64,000 bases of DNA from Antedon mediterranea (lineage: Eukaryota; Animalia; Echinodermata). Positions 11,267 to 20,655 of the stretch are shown here, piece by piece (the stretch's first letter is position 1; each line of letters opens with the position of its first letter). Both the position numbers and the translations under genes were made by a program. The DNA is taken from positions 29,757,648-29,821,647 of the forward strand of contig NC_092673.1 in NCBI RefSeq assembly GCF_964355755.1, written 5' to 3'. The notes under the pieces were generated by a model that was not told where the DNA came from, did no database searches, and saw nothing but the letters and a program-made list of their open reading frames with translations.

Positions 11267-13358
11267 ATGGCTTATCACTTGCTAGATGAATTGAAAGAAC
11301 AAACACTAACATGTCAATTATGTTTTGAGGTTCCCGGAGGAGGAGCACAAGGTGATACAAATGTTTTCAAACAGCTAAGTTGTTCTCACATATTTTGTAA
11401 ATCATGTATTCAAAAGTGGACAGTAGCAGAAGGCTATTGTCGTGGAATTATCACTTGCCCTAATTGCAGGAAGAAAATCAGGGGGAATGTAGACGCACTT
11501 CCGTCAGCATTTCAGGTTACAAATGTGATCGAATGGATAAATAAGAAACAACAAGATAAGTCGACAAATCGAGTTTGTCGTGAGCATGGAGTACAATTGA
11601 ATTTCTTCTGTCTCGATTGCTCAGCATTTGTATGTGGTGATGGTTTGAGATTATCACAAAGTCACGAGGAGCACACAACATTGTATGTTAAAACCGAAGC
11701 AGAACCAATACGCAAGGCGGCGCAAGATATGATGGAAGAAATTAAATTTCGAATGGGCCACTGGAAGAAAGCTCATGAAGAAGTCAGGGGAATGATATCG
11801 AGTATTGATGATGATACATCAAAAGCGTTGGAATTATTAGAGAAATATACGGAAGAAATAAAAAAAAGTCTGATATCAGCTCAAGATCTTTTAAGAAAAA
11901 CAATAATGAACACACAGAAGAAAAAGATTGAAGTACTGGAAAAAGAAAAATATGCAATCATAAGGAAAATCCAGGAAATTGAGAAGAAGATATTAGAACA
12001 CCAAGAATCAATGAAAAAAGCAGATGAATTTGAGGTATTCAATGAACACGTTGCAATCACTAAAATGCGTCAAGAATTCCTGAGAGATCAACTTCCAGAC
12101 ACGACACAGATGACCAAACAAACAGAAGATGATTCATTAAGGTTTGCACCAAATTTCATCTCTCTCAGACGCCTGAAAAATGATATTGCTCATTTTGGTA
12201 AAGTGCATAATAAATCTGAAAGTAAGTATATATTATACATAAACTTCGATAATTTAATTTATACATATTATAAAGTAGAGCTAATACATACAGTATCAGT
12301 AAATACAGAAGAGTATTAAATAACTATAGTAAATTTTTTTTACTCGAAGTTCACTTTATGTTGTCCATATTTTTTTTATTGTTAAATGGTTATTTAACTT
12401 ATCAATTTTAGGTCACCTTTTTTCTATCTGTATCTAATTCTTTTAATTAACTAATTAGGCCTAATTGATTTAAAATATGTTCTTCTACCTATATCTTGAC
12501 CTGTTGAGCTCCATTACAAGAAAGTATGTGCCTAAATTACTGTAGTATTATGTTTGAGCACAGCAAATTCAATAACTTTATTTAATATTGAATGATAATT
12601 AGATATAATTTATTTAATAATCAATGATTAATATCAATTAACCAGTTGAATTTGGATGTTCTACAAGATTGTTGGTCTATATGATCGTATATGATCTAGA
12701 AATATGGAAAGTGGATTCACAGAAAACTGTTGACTTTTATTTTTCAGAATCATTAAAATTCATATCAACTTCATATTCTAAAGGATTATCTCGACAAGTG
12801 TTGAAAACCATGGAAGATGTGGTAAAGGAAGCCTACGAACTAGACTTATCAAATATGGAAAAAGTTGAAGACAGAAGAACCAAACTGACATTTATTGTAA
12901 AGCATTTGGAAGATGTTCTTGAAGGAGAATGGAATTGCATTTTAGGTGATTTTGAAAGATCGCAATGGCCAGTGCAAGTTAACAAAACTGTGAATTTCTT
13001 GGTAAATGACACAGACAATGTCATTATTTATAAATTAGTAGGAGTGGAAGAGCAGAAAAAATATGAAAAAGAAGTAATTTTAAAAAAAGAAGAATATTCC
13101 AGAGTAGAAGTGTTGAACCCAGCTTTAAAAGAGGTATACAACAACGCGCCGAGCCAGTGGCAAAATGTTAAACAAAGCAACACGTCACAACGAAGTTATT
13201 CTAAACAACAGCTTTTGGATATGAATGCGAATCATTCTATTTCTGATGATACTTACCGCGTTTTAAATGGTTTTGGAATTTTGCGTCATTCTCGTCGAAA
13301 AGCAGGTAATAACAAGGCCATGTACATGGCTGCAGTCGCGTGCTCAAATTTGAGTTAG
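11267..13358 (+). CDS. TRIM-like protein copy 3 (RING/B-box/coiled-coil + LC8-like domain + unique tail), 2 exons, ~521 aa
   Basis: Exon 1 11267-12221 (donor GTAAGT), exon 2 12748-13358 (TTTCAG|AATC). Phase-1 intron, frame open throughout. Confidence 0.85.
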
Positions 13359-14575
13359 TGTACCAACCAACATAGTGAGCTGTAAAAAACGTATATATCA
13401 TGTACCTAGGCCTAAAAACATTAGAAACATTGTAAAATATAATAATCTTGCTCCTGGTAGGAAAAATAAAGAAAATCTTCGTGCTATTCTCTGCGTGAAT
13501 CAAATTTTGAATATCAACGTTCACCTGTGAACGAATTAAGACCGTCATCTTCGCCGATCACGTCCTGCTTTACGATGTTAACATACTACTGGTTACTATA
13601 GACGTGGTTGACTATTGATGATCAGAGCCACTAACAACTATGGGGAATCAGGTATACAGGTTACTTCATAAAAATCACTAAATGTATCCCTATCTTCATC
13701 TTCCTATACTTACGCGAGTTTTGAACATTGTGTTATTAGCGTACAGAATAAAGTTAAACTAGTTGGTATTTTTTTTATATATGTGATTTTATTCAATTAA
13801 TTATACATTTTTTGGTATTATAATGGTAACCATAATAACGTGTATTTACAGTGATTTTTACCCCAAAAAAATATAAATTATAATATATACAGTGATTATT
13901 TACAGTAATAATAATAAAAATTAATAGTTTTATAGACTTTATTCAAACAGAAGTTGAATAATAAAATACTGAATAAATACAAAGTTTCATTAGAGGTTTA
14001 CAATCAATAGAAAAGATGAATACATATAATATTCTAAGTATCAAAACTAGCAGATAGTGTTTAGGAAGATTACACGGTATATTGGCAGCGGCCTACAAAA
14101 TGAACATGGTTATAAGCAAAATTTACGTATTGATTGATTGATTGAATCGGGCATCACTATAAGCAAAGCTTTAAAATGTGATGTCCTATTTAACAATTAA
14201 AAATTGGGAAAAAAAAATAATTTTAAAAAATATATAAAAAAAAATTTACGCCCTCCACCATCTCGAGCAAATGGTCTCCGGACTAGTACATTTCTAGCAG
14301 AAGTATAATTTTTTTCGAAGAAATTGTTGTTATTCCTAATGATAATTAATTAAATGATTAATGGTGATTTCAACCTACATGTGGACATTCCCGGAAAGTG
14401 GGAGACTGCCGAATTTATAAATATACCGACTCAAACAGGATTTCATCAATACATAAATCAACCGACGCATAAAATGGGTCACATCCTGGACTTAGTTATA
14501 TCTCGTACAGAAGATAATGACATTGAACGTGTACAGGTGTATCCTTTAGAATACTCGGATCATCAAGTTGGATGT
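13175..14575 (+). mobile_element. Degenerate 5' part of a CR1/L2-type LINE (leader and AP endonuclease remnants)
   Basis: YSKQQLL...GILRHSRRKAG leader; KTVIFADHVLLYDVNILLVT..WL at ~13540-13615; RPP at ~14250; GDFNLHVD...PTHKMGHILDLVIS at 14354-14520. Confidence 0.7.
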
Positions 14576-14712
14576 ATAGTGCCGAGAGGTATACATTATA
14601 CAACACTGTATAAAAAGGGTGCTCAATCTTATTTGGCAATAATTTTCCGGAGAGTAATGATGTAAATATTCTCGTAGATTCCTTTGTCTCGATGACATAC
14701 ATAGTAGGGCCT

Positions 14713-16010
14713 ACTTACAAAGAAGAACATACCAACGAAATAGAATAACATTTGTAAGATATGCACAGTACTTACAAAGAACAACATGTCAACGAAATAG
14801 AATAACATTTGTAAAATATGCACAGTACTTACAAAGAACAACATGTCAACGAAATAGAATAACATTTGTAAGATATGCACAGTACTTACAAAGAACAACA
14901 TGTCAACGAAATAGAATAACATGTGTAAGATATGCACAGTACTTACAAAGAAGAACATGTCAACGAAATAGAATAACATTTGTAAGATATGCACAGTACT
15001 TACAAAGAAGACCATGTCAACGAAATAGAATAACATTTGTAAGATATGCACAGTACTTACAAAGAAGAACATGTCAACGAAATAGAATTAGATGTGTAAG
15101 ATATGCACAGTACTTACAAAGAAGAACATGTCAACGAAATAGAATAACATTTGTAAGATATGCACAGTACTTACAAAGAAGACCATGCCAACGAAATAGA
15201 ATTAGATGTGTAAGATATGCACAGTACTTACAAAGAAGAACATGTCAACGAAATAGAATAACATTTGTAAGATATGCACAGTACTTACAAAGAAGACCAT
15301 GCCAACGAAATAGAATTAGATGTGTAAGATATGCACAGTACTTACAAAGAAGACCATGCCAACGAAATAGAATTAGATGTGTAAGATATGCACAGTACTT
15401 ACAAAGAAGAACATGCCAACGAAATAGAATTAGATGTGTAAGATATGCACAGTACTTACAAAGAAGACCATGTCAACGAAATAGAATTAGATGTGTAAGA
15501 TATGCACAGTACTTACAAAGAAGACCATGTCAACGAAATAGAATAACATTTGTAAGATATGCACAGTACTTACAAAGAAGACCATGTCAACGAAATAGAA
15601 TAACATTTGTAAGATATGCACAGTACTTACAAAGAAGACCATGTCAACGACGAAATAGAATAACATGTGTAAGATATGCACAGTACTTACAAAGAAGACC
15701 ATGTCAACGAAATAGAATAACATTTGTAAGATATGCACAGTACTTACAAAGAAGACCATGCCAACGAAATAGAATAACATTTGTAAGATATGCACAGTAC
15801 TTACAAAGAAGACCATGTCAACGAAATAGAATAACATTTGTAAGATATACACAGTACTTACAAAGAAGAACATGTCAACGAAATAGAATAACATTTGTAA
15901 GATATACACAGTACTTACAAAGAAGACCATGCCAACGAAATAGAATAACATTTGTAAGATATGCACAGTACTTACAAAGAAGACCATGCCAACGAAATAG
16001 AATAACATGT
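14713..16010. repeat. 57-bp minisatellite, ~23 copies
   Basis: Unit AAGATATGCACAGTACTTACAAAGAAGA(A/C)CATG(T/C)CAACGAAATAGAATAACATTTGT. Confidence 0.95.
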
Positions 16011-16377
16011 GAATGCACAGAGATCACACAAAAAAATCCAGAATTAAAAAACAAACAAACCATGTCTACGCCGCCTCTAGGCCTATAGAAAACTTTAATT
16101 CATCTGCATGTCTTAGCTGTCAAATGTAAATTGTATTCTATAAATACGGTATTGTTAAAAAAACGTGTATGATTAGTAAATATCTGCTTGGATTCTTCAA
16201 TTTAAGTTGGTCTAACTGTGTTTTGTAAATAAATTTATTAAAAAAATCATGTATTGCGTCCGTGTTTTCCTATCTGAAATGGCCTAGCTTTCATTGGCTG
16301 ACTATGGTGTGATAATGGTGGTGCCAGAAACAAACATTTACATCACGCCCTCAATAATAGTATAAATTATAAGAACA

Positions 16378-16410
16378 GGGGAATCCCCTTTCAGATATTT
16401 GGGAAAATCG
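16378..16410 (+). promoter_or_regulatory. NF-kB-type site plus degenerate partner upstream of TRIM copy 4
   Basis: GGGGAATCCCC (16378-16388) and GGGAAAATCG (16401-16410). ATG at 16501. Confidence 0.65.
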
Positions 16411-16500
16411 ATTTTGACATCCCACGCCATTTACAATTCAGTAACTAGACCTCTAGTCTTAGCGTTTAGCCGCTCACGGCCTATATGTTTTTTCGTTAAA

Positions 16501-18371
16501 ATGGCTTGTGCCGTGTTAGATGAATTGAAAGAACAGGCACTAACATGTGAATTGTGTTTTGAGGTTCCTGGAGGAGCACAAGGTGACACAAATGTTTTCA
16601 AACAGCTAAGTTGTTCTCATGCATTTTGTAAATTATGTATCCAAAGGTTGGCAGAACAAGTACGAGTAGAAGAAGTACTACCGTTAAGCGAAATATTGCA
16701 CAGGTATAGATATCATGATCAAGATAATTATGGTTGGCGTCGAAATATTGCTTGCCCTAATTGCAGGGCCATTACCTCTATAGAAGGAGAGGATGTAGAC
16801 AACGGGGTAGACAAACTTCCATCCGTATTTAAAGTTACAAATGTGATCGATTGGGTAAATAGGAAGCAAGAAAAGGAGAAAGAAATGAAAGATCGAGTGT
16901 GCAGTGTGCACGAAGGAGTACCATACAATTTCTTCTGTCTCGATTGCTCTAAATTTGTCTGTGGTGATGGTTTGAGATTAACAGATAGTCACGAGGAACA
17001 CACAACGTTGTATGTGAAAACCGAAGCAGAGCCAATACGTAAGGCAGCTCAAGATATGATGGAAGAAATTGGATGTCAACTGGGCCACTGGAAGAAAGCT
17101 CATGAAGAAGTCGAAGCAATGATATCTATTATTGACGATGACACATCGAAAGCAATGGAATTATTAGAGAAATATACAAAAGAAATAAGAAAAAGTCTTA
17201 TTTTAGCTCAAGATCTTTTAAGAAAAACAATAATGAACACACAGAAGAAAAAGATTGAAGTACTGGAAAAAGAAAAAGATGCAATCTTGAGGAAAATCCA
17301 GGAAATTGAGAAGAAGATATCAGAACAACAAAAATCAATAAAAAAAGCAGACAAATTTGAGGTATTCAATGAACACGTTGCGATCACTAAAATGCGTCAA
17401 CAATTTCTTGCAGACAAATGTCCTGACTTAGCACCAATGATGGCCCAACAAGCAGAAGAATCATTAAAGTTTGAACCAAATTTCATCTCTCTCAAACGCT
17501 TGAAAAATGACATAGCTCGTTTTGGAAAAGTACACAAACAATCTGAAGGTAAAATAAATTATACAGTATGTTTTCCCTACAGTAATACTTTATATTTTTT
17601 TTAACTTGATTGAACCTGGATTAATAATTATTATTTATATCATCAACATTGTATCATGTTTGATGATGTTTGAAAATAATTGTTATTAGCAAATGGCAAA
17701 TTAAACTGTGATGTTTGTTTTTTTTTTAATTTTCAGAATCATTTTCTATAACAACTTCATATTCTGAGGGATTATCTCCAGAAATGTTGAAATCCATGGA
17801 AGATGTGGTAAAGGAAGCCTACGAACTAGACTTATCAAAAGTAGAACAAGTTGAAGACAGAAGAACCAAATTGACATTTATTGTAAAGCATTTGGAAGAT
17901 GTTCTTGGAGAAGAATGGAATTGCATTTTAGGTGATTTTGAAAAATCAATACGACCAGGGGAATTTAACCAAACTGTGACATTCCTTGTCAATGAAGTGG
18001 ACAATGTGACTATGTGTAGCAGCTTTAGCTTTATAAATGAAGAGGAAGAATATGAGTGTGAAGAGGAAGAAGAAGAGGAAGAATATGAGTGTGAAGAGGA
18101 ACAGCATGAAGAACAAAGGTATACCAGAAATGTTAAACTAGGGGAATATTTGCAAGAAATGGCTAGAGAAGTAGAACAGGTGGAACAATTGCAAGATAAA
18201 TATTGTGTTAACGATGAAGACAATTATGCCAGAGAGGTGCAACATGCAGAACACTTAAAAGATATGAAGGAAGAAGTAAATGGAAGAAGAGACAAGAAAA
18301 GCTATCGAAGACTTTACAGAAAACAAAAAATGAATAAAAGATTGGCAAGGCGTGATATGGATCAATTATAA
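16501..18371 (+). CDS. TRIM-like protein copy 4 (RING/B-box/coiled-coil + LC8-like domain + acidic then basic tail), 2 exons, ~560 aa
   Basis: Exon 1 16501-17548 (GAAG|GTAAAA), exon 2 17737-18371 (TTTCAG|AATC). Phase-1 intron, frame open. Confidence 0.85.
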
Positions 18372-19124
18372 TATGTGTGCTGTACTGTGACGTGTAGGTT
18401 CAGATGTCACTGTAACTGCCCTCTCTTTAAATCCATCAACATTAAGTATCAGATTTCCTTAAAATGGCAGAAAAAAAATTTGTTGCACAAACCCCAAAGA
18501 ACATACAAATGAAGAAATTCACAATATTGGATGTAGCTTCTGTAGGAAATTCATATACTTTTAATGATATAATTCTGGTGATATAACATCCTGCAAGAAC
18601 CCTGCTTTATTGTGTTTAGCTTAGGCATAAGAGAATTACAACAAATTGTGCAACAGTTTCAATATTATTGAAAATAAACATTTTAAAAATAAAACATCTA
18701 AAATATCATTCTAAATAAAATCATTAGTTTAAAAGAAACATTCATCAGAATTGTTTGATATGAAGAAACATCAGAGTGGTATTTGCTGAATGCTCTCAAA
18801 AAACATTATGAATGACGCATTGAAGCAGCAGAACATCATCATTATATAAACTTCTTTCAGATTATATTTTATCAAATTTGATTACCAAACACATTATTCA
18901 AAATCAACGCGTGTATATTATATAATTTACTATAATAGTTGTATACAAATAAATAAATGCTGTTAATAATCATTTTTTTAATTCAATTCATGTATTTAAC
19001 AGCAAGTTTGTAAGATCTTTATAAAGAATCACTATGGTTACGACGCAGAAGCCAAACAAACAAAGCAAGATTCGTTGGACCTTTCTCTAAATTTCATCTC
19101 TCTCAAACGTTTACATTATATACA

Positions 19125-19460
19125 TTATTACATTATATAGGGGGTCTCTGTTTTCGAGTTTTTGTCGAAAACAGAGACCCCCACTAAAACGTCTCAATAT
19201 TACATTATGTAGGGGGTCTCTGTTTTTGAGATTTTCTCGAAAACAGAGACCCCCTATATAACGTAATATTGACTTAATATTGAGACGTTTTAGTGGGGTC
19301 TCTGTTTTCGAGAAAAACTCGAAAACAGAGACCCCCTATATAATGTAATATTGAGACGTTTTAGTGGGGGTCTCTGTTTTCGAGAAAAACTCGAAAACAG
19401 AGACCCTGGGTCTCGGGTCTCTGGTCTCTGTTTTCGAGGTCTCTGTTTTCGAGACACCCA
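19125..19460. repeat. Foldback cluster of short inverted repeats
   Basis: Repeated GGGGTCTCTGTTTTCGAG / CTCGAAAACAGAGACCCC hairpins in both orientations. Confidence 0.85.
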
Positions 19461-20655
19461 AATTTGAAGTGTTTAATGAACACGTTGCTGTCACTAAATT
19501 ACGTGAAGAATTCCTGACAGATCAACTTCCTCACACAACAAAGATGACCAAAGAAACAAAGCAAGAATCATTGAAGTTTTCACCAAATTTCATCTCTCTC
19601 AAACGTTTGAAAAATGATATTGCTCATTTCGGAAAAGTACATAAGAAATCTGAAGGTAAATATTGAAATCTATAAGTTTATAAAAACACAAACTTATATA
19701 TAAATATGCATATAGACAAAATAATAAACTTGATTGGGAAAATAATATGAAATTTAATTTATTTATGTAACAGCCAAACTGATAGCGGAGTATTTCGACT
19801 ACGAGTAATAACATAAATAGTAATCGGTTGTAAAAGCATTTTTTTACGTCTACCGTTATATAATGGTAATAAAAATGTCACGGTGAAAATAAAGCATTCT
19901 AAGAGTAATTGTAGACACTTACTTCACATACTGTAAAATTATAATCTGAACTCACATAGTAAATATTACATTATTTTTGTAGAATAACAAAATTTCATTT
20001 ATTTATTTGCATTTATTTATGTTGTTTTTAGAATTATCGATTGTCATAAAGCATTTAAATTTTGAGGGAGTAACACCAACTTTGTTGAAATGGATGCAGA
20101 ATGCTATATATAAAGCATACTCACTAGATGTATCAAAATTATCTCACCTTGAAGAAAGAAAAACAAAAATTAGATGTATTGTTAATCGTTTGATACATGA
20201 CCTTGGAGAAAAATGAAATTGTTGTATTGGTGATTTTACACAAGTTCATTGGTCAGGCATGAAAGGTCAGGTGTTTACTGTAAATTATGTGGATAGTGTT
20301 AGTATCTACAAGAGTGAAGCAATCATGGAGGAGCATAAAGTGTCGCCAAAAAAAGAAGCAACAATATTGCACAGTAGTTATAAAACAGAAACAGATGAAA
20401 AACGTCAATAAATATCAGTTTACTGGTGATACAGCCTTCAATATCTCTCAGTGAGAAGTTTTGACATTTTTTGTTTTTATTTTGGAAATGAGTGCTTTGA
20501 TGAAAACACCTTGGCAGTGCATCATTCACAATAATGCTAGCATTGGCTTAAGTAAACAGCACATTGAAAGAATGAGGATTGATATACCATCAATGGTGAC
20601 GGTGAGAATTAATGGTAAAGATGTTTGGTTGTTAAAAATGATTAGCTTTGAGTGA
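19461..20655 (+). pseudogene. 5'-truncated TRIM relic with two tandem LC8-like domains
   Basis: Exon-1 3' end 19461-19655 (PNFISLKRLKNDIAHFGKVHKKSE|GT). Exon 2 from 20032, with TGA at the conserved Trp (GEK*NCCIGDF) and a second, frameshifted unit ending PWQCII...VTVRINGKDVWLLK. Confidence 0.75.

Noticed and set aside
14629-16063. Hydrophobic repeat ORFs on the minus strand (MLFYFVDMVFFVSTVHILQ)n
   Set aside because: By-product of a 57-bp (19-codon) minisatellite; interrupted by stops in variant units.
20214-20216. Selenocysteine or recoded TGA in the last TRIM relic
   Set aside because: It aligns to a Trp (TGG) in the paralogs, and the copy has further stops, a frameshift and no 5' exon, so it is ordinary decay.
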